64,000 nt of DNA from NCBI GenBank assembly GCA_950097015.1, contig CATNEN010000030.1, positions 3,162,001-3,226,000 on the forward strand, in the 5' to 3' direction. This document shows, piece by piece, positions 24,610-35,874 of this stretch. The stretch is from Macrostomum hystrix (lineage: Eukaryota > Animalia > Platyhelminthes). A program made the position numbers and the translations under genes. The notes below the pieces were generated by a model that was given only the letters and a program-made list of their open reading frames with translations, did not search any database and was not told where the DNA came from. How positions within the stretch are numbered: the first letter of the stretch is position 1; each line of letters starts with the position of its first letter.

Positions 24610-27600
24610 TCAATTGCTGCCATGGTTTGCTTCGGCGCGTAGTCGATCGATCTTCTTCATTGGCAGTGGATCTGGTAGCTTGAATATTTGCTGAAGGTTT
24701 TGAAGATAGATAGTTGTAGATATAGCACCATTGTGAACAAGCAAATTAGTGATAAAGTAACTTTGTGATAAAGCAGCAAGATAATGAAGGTTCAGGTTTA
24801 TGAAGGTTCAGGTTTATGAAGGTTCAGGTTTATGAAGGTTCAGGTTTATGAAGGTTTAGGTTTATAAAGGTTCAGGTTTTTGAAGGTTCAGGATTATGAA
24901 GGTTCAGGTTTATGAAGGTTCAGGTTTATGAAGGTTCAGGTTTATGAAGGTTTAGGTTTATAAAGGTTCAGGTTTTTGAAGGTTCAGGATTATGAAGGTT
25001 TAGGTTTATAAAGGTTCAGGTTTATGAAGGTTCAGGTTTTTGAAGGTTCAGGTTTATGAAGGTTTAGGTTTATGAAGGTTCAGGTTTATGAAGGTTCAGG
25101 TTATTGAAGGTTCAGGTTATTGAAGGTTCAGGTTTATGAAAATTCAGGTTTATGAAGGTTCAGGTTTTTGAAGGTTCAGGTTAATGAAGGTTCAGGTTTA
25201 TGAAGGTTCTGGTTTATAAAGGTTCAGGTTTATGAAGGTTCAGGTTTTTGAAGGTTCAGGTTTATGAAGGTTCAGGTTTATAAAGGTTCAGGTTTATGAA
25301 GGTTCAGGTTTACAAAGGTTCAGGTTTATGAAGGTTTAGGTTTATGAAAATTCAGGTTTATGAAGGTTCAGGTTTATGAAGGTTCAGGTTTATAAAGGTT
25401 CAGGTTTATGAAGGTTCAGGTTTATGAAGGTTTAGGTTTATGAAAATTCAGGTTTATGAAGGTTCAGGTTTATGAAGGTTCAGGTTTATGAAGGTTTAGG
25501 TTTATGAAAATTCAGGTTTATGAAGGTTCAGGTTTATGAAGGTTCAGGTTTATGAAGGTTTAGGTTTATGAAGGTTCAGGTTTATGAAGGTTCAGGTTTA
25601 TGAAGGTTCAGGTTTATGAAGGTTCAGGTTTATAAAGGTTCAGGTTTATAAAGGTTCAGGTTTATAAAAGTTCAGGTTTATGAAGGTTCAGGTTTATGAA
25701 AATTCAGGTTTATGAAGGTTCAGGTTTTTGAAGGTTCAGGTTTATGAAGGTTTAGGTTTATGAAAATTCAGGTTTATGAAGGTTCAGGTTTATGAAGGTT
25801 CAGGTTTTTGAAGGTTCAGGTTTATGAAGGTTCAGGTTTATGAAAATTCAGGTTTATGAAGGTTCAGGTTTATGAAGGTTCAGGTTTATGAAGGTTCAGG
25901 TTTATGAAGGTTCAGGTTTATGAAGGTTCAGGTTTATGAAAATTCAGGTTTATGAAGGTTCAGGTTTTTGAAGGTTCAGGTTTATAAAGGTTCAGGTTTA
26001 TGAAGGTTCAGGTTTTTGAAGGTTCAGGTTTATGAAGGTTTAGGTTTATGAAGGTTCAGGTTTTTGAAGGTTCAGGTTTATGAAGGTTCAGGTTTATGAA
26101 AATTCAGGTTTATGAAGGTTCAGGTTTTTGAAGGTTCAGGTTTATAAAGGTTCAGGTTTATGAAGGTTCAGGTTTTTGAAGGTTCAGGTTTATGAAGGTT
26201 TAGGTTTATGAAGGTTCAGGTTTTTGAAGGTTCAGGTTTATGAAGGTTCAGGTTTATAAAGGTTCAGGTTTATGAAGGTTCAGGTTTTTGAAGGTTCAGG
26301 TTTTTGAAGGTTCAGGTTTATGAAGGTTCAGGTTTATGAAGGTTCAGGTTTATGAAGGTTTAGGTTTATGAAGGTTCAGGTTTATGAAGGTTCAGGTTTA
26401 TGAAGGTTCAGGTTTATGAAGGTTCAGGTTTTTGAAGGTTCGGGTTTATGAAGGTTCAGGTTTATAAAGGTTCAGGTTTATAAAGGTTCAGGTTTATAAA
26501 GGTTCAGGTTTATTAAGGTTCAGGTTTTTGAATGTTCGGGTTTATGAAGGTTTAGGTTTATGAAGGTTTAGGTTTATGAAGGTTTAGGTTTATGAAAATT
26601 CAGGTTTATGAAGGTTCAGGTTTATGAAGGTTCAGGTTTATGAAAATTCAGGTTTATAAGTATTCAGGGCAATGCAGCAGCAATCACTTACGGGTATGAA
26701 TGTGTGACAATGCAGTACATTTCGATCCTGCACCATTAGCTGGAACACTTTGATAGCGCTGGGCAAATCTCTGCAGGCTAGTAGGGCCGACTCGTTTAGT
26801 TTAATCAGGGTTAGAGCAACGCGGAATAGCACTTTGGAGCCTTCAAAGAATAGCACGTCCCAGATGCGATAGACCGTCTGGAGGGGAAGGGCAATTGTGG
26901 ATATACCACTAATTAACTCACAGTAAGATTAACAAAAATATGCATATATTAGCAGATTGCTGATCCGTAAGCATCTCTGCTTAGAGAGAATTAACGAAAA
27001 AAAACGCCTAAAACGCGATAAATTAAAAAAATTCGTTAAATTTTACTTGCCTGACAGATTCCACATACAGCTCACAAAGAATCCCATCTCTGATATTCTT
27101 ATTAAAACTCCTTGCCTGTTATTCCCCACTAAAATCCCCTTCCTGATAGTTCTCATTGAAATTCTTTCTTTGCCGATTCCCATTAAAATCCCATATCCTG
27201 ACAGTTCCCATTAATATCCCTTATCCTGACAGTTCCCATTAATATCCCTTATCCTGACAGTTCCCATTAATATCCCTTATCCTGACAGTTCCCATTAAAA
27301 TCCCTTATCCTGACAGTTCCCATTAAAATCCCTTATCCTGACAGTTCCCATTAAAATCCCTTCCCTGAAAGCTCAAACAAAAATGCTTGGCTTCCTTACC
27401 TCGACAGGCAGGACATCGGCGAACAGGCAGATGAACCATTTAAGCGTCACCATGGGAAACGTGACCCCGTAGTCGGCCATGAACCTGTGCACCTGAGGCA
27501 GTTTCTCTTCAACTAGGCGGCCCAAGACGTGGCACTCGGCCTGAAAGCTGGCCATGCTAGGCTGATAATAGCCAGGCAAGATGCGATTCACCAGGGTGTC

Positions 27601-29026
27601 CAACAGCCAGAATGCTTTCTCTTCGTCTTTCACAACTAACAACATCAGCGCCGTGACGTAATTCAAGCCCTGACAGTAACCAACGTCCGGATTCTTTTTG
27701 CCGAAGGCGTACAGCACATTAAATAGGGCCTGCATCTGGGACTCGCTGTTGCCAAAGTCTTTGAAGTGCACATTCTCCGGGAATGTTCTATGCAAGTCCA
27801 AGCGAACCTGGCGTTAGAAATATAGGTGCACATGAATTTTACTGCAAATTATGCATGAAAAATTTATTAGAAATTAAACAGAAAAGTGTATTAAAACCTA
27901 ACTCAAACTGTAAACTGGCTTTGTGATTTTTATGCAACAAAGGACAGAAAAAAAGATATAAAAAGGTACAAAAGGGCATTCTACTGACAGTAAAACGTAA
28001 TGACGAAATTAGATTTTAAATATAGTACGATGACGATTAACAAGAGGCGCAATTTACGGCTCGTAGGAACGGTCACAAAGATATAAAACGAAACTAATAT
28101 TACGGATATTATACAGTACCATAGGTAGAAACTTACACAATTAAAAGAAAGTGGCTTCAGTGCTAAGCAAAGAAAGAGATATAGAGGAGTGTGAATTAAA
28201 GTTAATCGTATATATTGACATGTGGCCCTAGCTTCCAATCCAGCTGCAGTACCAGCTCTGTATCTAGCTGATATTCCAGCTCTGGATCTAGCTGATATTC
28301 CAGCTCTGGATCTAGCTGATATTCCAGCTCTGGATCTAGCTGATATTCCAGCTCTAGATCTAGCTGATATTCCAGCTCTAGATCTAGCTGCGATTCCAGC
28401 TCTGGATCTAGCTGCGATTCCAGCTCTGGATCTAGCTGCGATTCCAGCTCTGATCTAGCTGCGATTCCAGCTCTGATCTAGCTGCGATTCCAGCTCTGAT
28501 CTAGCTGCGATTCCAGCTCTAATCTAGCTGCGATTCCAGCTCTAATCTAGCTGCGATTCCAGCTCTGATCTAGCTGCGATTCCAGCTCTGAATGCAGCTA
28601 CAATTTTATCTATAGGTTTCAATACGAGCTAGGCTCCAATAGCTATGGAAATACAGCGAGGGAATCATTGACACATTCTAAGAATCAGTATATTTTTAAC
28701 ACATATGAACTGTCGATTCTCAATTGTCTCACCTGATTGGCCACCGCGTCGTCTTCAGCCACATTCTCCAGCAGCGTTTTATAGTATCCGGGCCGCTCAT
28801 TCAGCCTGCCCTGCGCGCCGGAGGCCAGCATCCAGACATCGGAGCGCAGTTCGCGCGGAATTCCTTTCCTAATGAAGCGTTTCAGCTTGCCACTGCGACT
28901 CTGCATCTCTGATTGGTCCAGACTCTGCCAGCGGCCGGATCGCCTATCCAGCACGGAGGCGTAGGAGCCAACGAATTCGTCGAAAGCGCGCCGCTCTTCG
29001 TCAGACAGCTCAAAGCCATAGTCCAT
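24610..29026 (-). CDS. GRTP1: Growth hormone-regulated TBC protein 1 (Rab-GAP TBC domain), 4 exons, about 322 aa
   Basis: Exons 29026-28733, 27807-27400, 26877-26692, 24690-24610, all phase 0. Motifs KRFIRKGIP, DLHRTFP, GYCQGLNY, WFICLFADVLPVETVYRIWD and EGSKVLFRVALTL. The true start could lie in a further upstream exon. Confidence 0.88.
24783..26658. repeat. 16-bp minisatellite, about 117 copies, in GRTP1 intron 3
   Basis: Unit GAAGGTTCAGGTTTAT with recurrent variants. Confidence 0.97.
27190..27365. repeat. 28-bp short array in GRTP1 intron 2
   Basis: Unit CCTTATCCTGACAGTTCCCATTAATATC, about 6 copies. Confidence 0.9.
28239..28590. repeat. 24/23-bp minisatellite in GRTP1 intron 1
   Basis: CCAGCTCTGGATCTAGCTGATATT shifts in a polar way to CCAGCTCTGATCTAGCTGCGATT. 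Confidence 0.93.
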
Positions 29027-32000
29027 GCTGCTTGGGATTCTAAGCGCTGCTGAAGCTTAGAATGAATGGGTGAAGGAGATTTCTGTTAGCTAGCTAAGGA
29101 TAATAAGGGTATTCTCGAGGGATAATAAGGGTAAAATGTCCTAAATTTTAGAGTACTTGCGTGGCGATGGTTAATCTGGTCTGATAGTAACTACACGCAC
29201 AGTTATAAAAATTCTTGACTTTAGGAAGATAACTTACTGCAGGCACATGGCACAAATTTCCCAAATACATGGCAAAAATATCATAATTACATTTGTACTT
29301 TCTTAATGCACTGATTTGTTATTTGCACAAGTGCTGACTAGAGGTCAAGGCCTCCTGTTGCCAAACAACTACCAATTGTCTATTCTGATATTCTGATTCT
29401 AGAACAGCTCTTCAAAATCAGAAAACATGCAAAAAATGTAAGAGCAAAAACATTTTTGGGGGTATTAAACCAAAGCATGTGCTATCTTTAATATACAAAA
29501 TTATAATTGGTGTATTAAATTCAGCTAACGATTTTATATATTATTTCATTAAGAGATCTAGCTAGCTATTTAGCTAATAGCTCGTATAAGTGAAGCATGT
29601 CCATTGTTTTCAACAAAACATGAAATATTTTTCTCCTGTTTGAAACATATAGTTATTCAACATGTGTGCAATACAAAAGCTAAAGTAAAAAGGTAGCCAA
29701 CTTGCCTATGGCTATATAGATTCTAAATAAGCCTGTAGACAAACAACAAGCATAGTTACTTTCATAAATTTAGATGATATTTTTTAGCTAGTGTCCTACA
29801 AGTCTAGTAGCTAATTAAGCATCTGTGTCCTCCATAAAAGCTAAATTTAGACTTCCTCCTGTACTAAGCTACTGAATTAGAAGGCTACTTTTGGTAAGGG
29901 TCAAGATTGCTTTCTACTAACTAAGATTGGGCATAATCCTAGTTTGCTACATTCATTATTTTGAAAAAAAAGTTGGCTCAGTATACAAAAGTTATTAATG
30001 TACATTACCTAAGGTTAGTTTAGGTGTCAGGTTAAGGCTAAGTTAGGCAATTCAGTAATAGTATGCCACCTAGAGTTCCACCATAGCTACAGATAAAGAT
30101 ATGGGAAATTACGGATACTGAGCTTTTTAGACAAACAATATGGATACAGCTATGGTTACGGAAACTCTTGCTTGCTGTATCTAGTTGCTATATATTTAGT
30201 TTTACACTTAAGCAGTTTAAAAAGCATTTGTGCAAGTAAAACAAACAATGTACAGAGACAAATAATAAATGGCAGAAAGAGAACTTAAGTCTAACAAGAA
30301 AATACATATTGAATGTGAATTTCATACCAATTTAAGCCATAAAGATTTCAAGGCTGCATGCCTGTTTATGGGGATCTGTGAAAATTGCACAATTAGAGGG
30401 ACTAAATATTTCACAGAACTTGGAAAGACATTTTCATTTTAGACTGCCTAAAATGGAAACTCTAAATTCTTTATTGTTTGGGACATGCCCAGAGATAACT
30501 CAAAATAGGCCTATCTTGTAGCATTTCTATCATAGGTTATAGGAAGTTTAAGTTTATTAGTTATAGATACAGATGCAGATATAGATAGGCTATTAGAAAA
30601 TTTGAAAGATATTGACATGGATAAATTTTGGCTACAGTAGAACTCTAGTGCTAGGCCTACCTATGGAAATGGTTGCCAAACTCTTTCCCTAGGACTCCTA
30701 AGGATTCTAGGAAGAGGTGACAGCTGGTGCAATATATATTTGGCATTATTTTGTGTAGACTCATTATAGGCCCTAGGCCTAATTGATGACTAAAAATTCA
30801 ACAACAATGACTAGGCCCTCTAGATATTCCCTCTGACAGCTATATGGGTATAGAAATATTGTTTGTAGGGGCCTATAAGATGCACCAAATAATTTTTTTA
30901 GCTTTAAAAGAGAGATTGCAAACTAAAAAGCTTTTAGTATGTTTTATATAAAGTGATTGGTCAAATTTTCTAGTGTCAGATAGAACTTTCCTAAGCATAG
31001 GCCTATTTATAGTGATCAACCTAATTTAAAACAAAAACAAAAACTTTCAAGACAGAGTATAGGGCATAGGCCTATGTCTGACTCTGATGCCAAATGCCAA
31101 TCAATTCTTTAAAAAATATATGGGATGAATTGCTTTACAAATGATTTGTGGCAATGTTTTAATTTTATTTTTTTCAAACTGATTTGAACTCATTTGACCA
31201 TGGTGATATGTAATATAATGTGGCAAGGGCACACACATATGCCAATGTAGCTTTGCAAGGTTTTCGGTGGTAGGCCTAACATGAATTTGGGGAGATTAGG
31301 TGCCATAGACATATGCAGGCTTTGCATGCTGGGGCTGGGGATGACTGAGATATATAACTGGCAAAATATATTTAAGTGCATCTAACTGCTAATATTTCTG
31401 TGTCATGGCCAGCTGCCCCATCTTGGATTGTGCCACCAAATGAGGTACAATGTATAGCAGTTACTGTTTGTTGTTATTTTTTCATTTCACTGTTTTTCAA
31501 TATTCCATGATGAGGACATATATTTTCAAAAGGAAAAATAATTATGCAAAACAAAGTAAAACACTGCCTGATTTGCTATTGTATAAACTAAAACTTTTAT
31601 TTTAATGTGTGCTGACAGTTTTTTGGATCATCCAAGATATCCATATTACCCTATTTTTGCCTCACCTAAAAGCATGGATCAATTATTTCACCAGATACTG
31701 CTATAACTACTTGACGCATGTCCCTTCTACAAAATGACACAGGCTCAAGACACAAATTAGTCAAATATTTTTTCTGATATTCTCATTAAAGGTGTGCTTT
31801 CTCTGCTTCGTTGCCGCCTTCGTCATACCATTGACATTAAGCAATTATGTATATCTAGTGCATTTAAAAATTAGTATGTCTTTTATTTAACATATTTTGC
31901 TTCTAAACAGAGTTAAGCCATAATAATAGGCTTCGCTTGCCACACCGCGTAGTACTCGAAAATTTCATGCACGAATTAAGTTTAATTTGGGGGTCGCCAA

Positions 32001-32969
32001 AAACATAGAAACTTAAGCAACCTGGGTCATTATATGAGCTTTTTCATATATTTTTATTCAGTTATTTATTTTTTGCTAACTTACGCATTGCTTTGCTGCA
32101 TAAAGAAGAATGTATTTGTAAAAAGTTGTTTATCTACTTGTAGAATAATAAGTTTCATGAAATTTAAAGTTATCGTTTTTTTATCATTTTAAGAACTAAA
32201 ACCAACCGTTCGATTCGATCAAGAGTAGCAAAATTACTTACTTAATGCAAGATTTCAATTGTAATTAGTGGCTTGACCTAAAGGAAAAGATGAAACATAA
32301 AATACTGATAATTAATATATTGTTCTTAAAAAACACCTTACCAAACATTTTGTGCAGACAAATTTCACATCAAAATTAGTGCAATTTCAATAAAGTTTTT
32401 ACTGATGCTTGTCATCAAATCTACATGAAAAAATTTCTCACGAAAACATCCAGTAAAAAATTTGCATGCTATTCTAGTTTTTTATTTGCTTTACAAAAAT
32501 GTTGTTCCAATTTTAAATGTAAATGTGTTTCTATGCTAGTCGGCCAATATATGTATTATGGCCGCCTTAGAATATAATCTGCAAAGTATAATTGAAGCTT
32601 AGCCTTAGCTAGCTATTTATCTTGCTTCTCTGTTTGTCGCAGGTTCCATTCTTGAATAGCAAAACAATTTTTGTTAAAAAATAAAAAAATCTAATTCACA
32701 GATATTTCACTTATTCTTTCTATGTGAACTACTATTTCACTTTTTTCTTACTGTTCATATTTCATTTAATCTATTGATTTTTTAGATTATTCTACGCGTG
32801 GGAAATTACTTCTTTGTACTTTATTTTTATTTCTAAGACAAATGGGACTTACCTCCATTTATGTAAAAATGAAAGGCAATGCCTAGACACTAAATGTTAT
32901 ACGATATATTACAAACGAGATTTTTACAAAGAATTTTTCTAAGAAACAGTTTTTGTTTTCAGGCCTTTA

Positions 32970-33864
32970 ATGGACATCGGCATCAGTTTGTGGAGTTTGC
33001 TAACAAAGTTGATTTACTGTGAGCTGATTAGTGTAGCCGCAATCTTCTTGCTACCATTTGTTAATTCTCATCACTGGCAGCCGGTGTGCAACTTGTCAAT
33101 ATTTTCATGTATTGCCCGCAAATGGGATGCAATTTTCGCCGGCCTCCTGGTGCCGCTCTCAGCTGTGGCCATCCGCTGTATTTGGCAGATTGCCAGACAA
33201 CCAGTTACGCCAGTCGAGCATGCCTCCCAGCTGACAGATCTGCTGGCTCTTCAACGCAACGGCTATTTAGCTGGCACAGCCACATTGCTCTGGTTGGTGC
33301 TCTGGTGTGCCATTAGGCTGGTTGCCAGGTAAGACATAATATTGGATGCCATACCGATTCGCGTAGGGTGATTCCATTATCTCTGGCGTAGAGACAATTA
33401 TTTGTTTGTAGAAAAATGCTTCATCATTCTGCGACAGGCTGAGCACCCTGGAATCCGAGTTGATCACCGCTAGACAACGACTGGCCGACGGCGCCGAAGC
33501 TGTTGATGCAGCCGCAGCCGCCGCCGCACTGGACACAATCAATAAAGACAGCTCCTGCGACAATAGAGTTGGTGGAGTCATTCGCCGCTCTGCCGCTCCG
33601 GACGCGTCGTCTGACGAAGAGGGCCGCCGGCCAAGCATGGCGGTGGTGGTCCAGGCTGCCATGGAAGCCGAGAGGACTCGTCGCGAGCTGGCGGAGACCC
33701 GGCTAGCCTTGGAGCGAACTTTGGAACGGCTGCACCGAGCCGAGCTTGACATGTCCGCCATGCGGCGACAGGCTGAGGGCACCAGTCGGGCGTTTGACGA
33801 GCTGCTGGAGGAGCACAACCGACTGCAGCTGCCAGCTACTGGGGGCAGAAAGAAAGATTCCTGA
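32970..33864 (+). CDS. BCAP31: B-cell receptor-associated protein 31/29 family ER membrane protein, 2 exons, about 261 aa
   Basis: Exons 32970-33328 and 33438-33864 (phase 2). Three hydrophobic segments, LQRNGYLAG (compare AQRNLYIAG), C-terminal coiled coil AMRRQAEGTSRAFDELLEEHNRLQ, and a terminal KKDS (KKxx ER-retrieval signal). Confidence 0.75.
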
Positions 33865-33997
33865 CTGGCCGTGGTAACAACTGGTTGCTAGCATAATAAA
33901 TTATTACAAAAATTTTTTACCCCTGCTCCCCTAGATGTTCAGCTGAAAGCACGACCGCAGCTATTGCGCGGCACATCTGAAGGCTGCGTACAGAGCA

Positions 33998-34240
33998 TTG
34001 CTAACAGCGTTGCTAACAGCGTTGCTAACAGCGTTGCTAACAGCGTTGCTAACAGCGTTGCTAACAGCGTTGCTAACAGCGTTGCTAACAGCGTTGCTAA
34101 CAGCGTTGCTAACAGCGTTGCTAACAGCGTTGCTAACAGCGTTGCTAACAGCGTTGCTAACAGCGTTGCTAACAGCGTTGCTAACAGCGTTGCTAACAGC
34201 GTTGCTAACAGCGTCGCTACTAACAGCGTTGCTAACAGCA
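33998..34240. repeat. 12-bp near-perfect tandem repeat, about 20 copies
   Basis: (GTTGCTAACAGC)n, starting about 135 bp after the BAP31 stop codon. Confidence 0.97.
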
Positions 34241-35874
34241 GCGCGTTATACGAGTATCAGCTTTAGAAATGGTCAATGGAAATTAGGCAATGGTCTTATC
34301 AATGATACCTAAGAGGGATTCTGGTGGGAGCCGAGTTATCCCTAAGAAGGTTGTTGGTAGAGGAATAATCATTCCTAATAGAAGTTAGCGATCTAGGTAA
34401 GCTTGTTATACACCTGGTGGTATTTTTCTAGGTTAAAAAGCTACCAATACATTAATATGTGTTTGCTTTAAGATTCGACCTGCGAAGTGAAGCAATTACA
34501 GAGCTATAAGTGTATTTAGATGCACGCAGATTCAAACAAATCCTAGTTTGCATCGAATCCCAGCCGGCAGATTGTGCTGTTCTCTACGGCTTCATAACTC
34601 GGGCAGTTTTTCTGCCTTCCGTATTTATTCTCTGTCCAAATATAGCTATTCTCTTGTCAAGTGCAGCTTTTACATTTAGCTTCTCTTCTAGTATTGAACT
34701 GAAGCTTGTTTAGTTTTAAGCGGAAATATATGCTGAATTATTTCTGGCAACACAAAGACTATCTGCTCATGTTTTGTCACTATCATAATACATTGCCAGT
34801 ATAACTACTCGGTATATACATACGCTCATTAAAAAAACATTCGATTTTATAATCCGAATTCAGAAATCGGACTAATAAATGTAACTTAAAAGCATTTCTT
34901 TTAACACATAGAAGGCCGCCCTACTCACTGGGAGAATTGAACTAAAGAAAGCTCACTCAATTCAGACTCCTCCTACTCACTTAAATCTCAGAGGCGGACA
35001 GTTTTAATCACAGATTAAACAGTTTAGAGACCGGTGCACTCTAACTTAATCAGCGTCTTAGAAGGGAGCGTACAGGACAGTGCAGGGTCAAGTAGCAAAT
35101 TTCACTGTTTCACAACTCGCAATTAAACCGAACGACCTCTGCTCTCGTCTAATAAGGGCCAAGCACAGGGTGTTGAAAGACAATTCTTAAAGCCAGATTC
35201 AAAAAGCCAGTTGAGTTGAGTTGTAAATTGTTATTTGAACGTATCAAAACTATTGCGCGTCGCATTCAAAGGCTCCTGTACGGCTGTTCAGTCCATAGAC
35301 TGGGGAGGTCGCGGCAACCGCCCAAATTTGTACCTTAACTATTGCTGTTACCGATTTTACTGCTAGGTGAGCTGAAGCGATGGACTGAGATTCGAACTCT
35401 CGACCTCTCGATCAGAAGTTCAAAACTCTAAGATTTGTCTATTTCCGAATGAAAATGTTTCATTCAATGCACGGCATTTTTATTTTTTTCGATACATATA
35501 GGCTGTGCGCTACAGATAGTTTCGAAAATCTTCACAAGCTAGCTATAACGATAGGCAATAAAGATTCGCGCAACTTATTCGATTCCCTAACACACCTGAG
35601 GCCTTTGAAGGCATTCGGCTGTCTCAGCCCATCTTTCTCTCTCGCCGATCGTTCCCAAAACTAGCGAGGCCTTGCACCTGTTCCGCTGATTGGACGCTTG
35701 TTCCGTTCCGTTTGATAGGAAAATTTGTGCGCCCGCCACGCCCTTGCAGCTAGAGCAGATTGGCTGGCAGATTGCGGATTTAAATTGCGGATTATGAGAA
35801 CTGGAAAGAGAAGGGAGATAGTTTCTATTAGAGAGTTCGAAGGTTCGATCCCCAAATTTTAGCATTGTTTCGCG

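Noticed and set aside
35365-35420. tRNA-like fragment on the minus strand (GGTCGAGAGTTCGAATCTC)
   Set aside because: Only a B-box-like half is present with no A-box, which is too short to assign.
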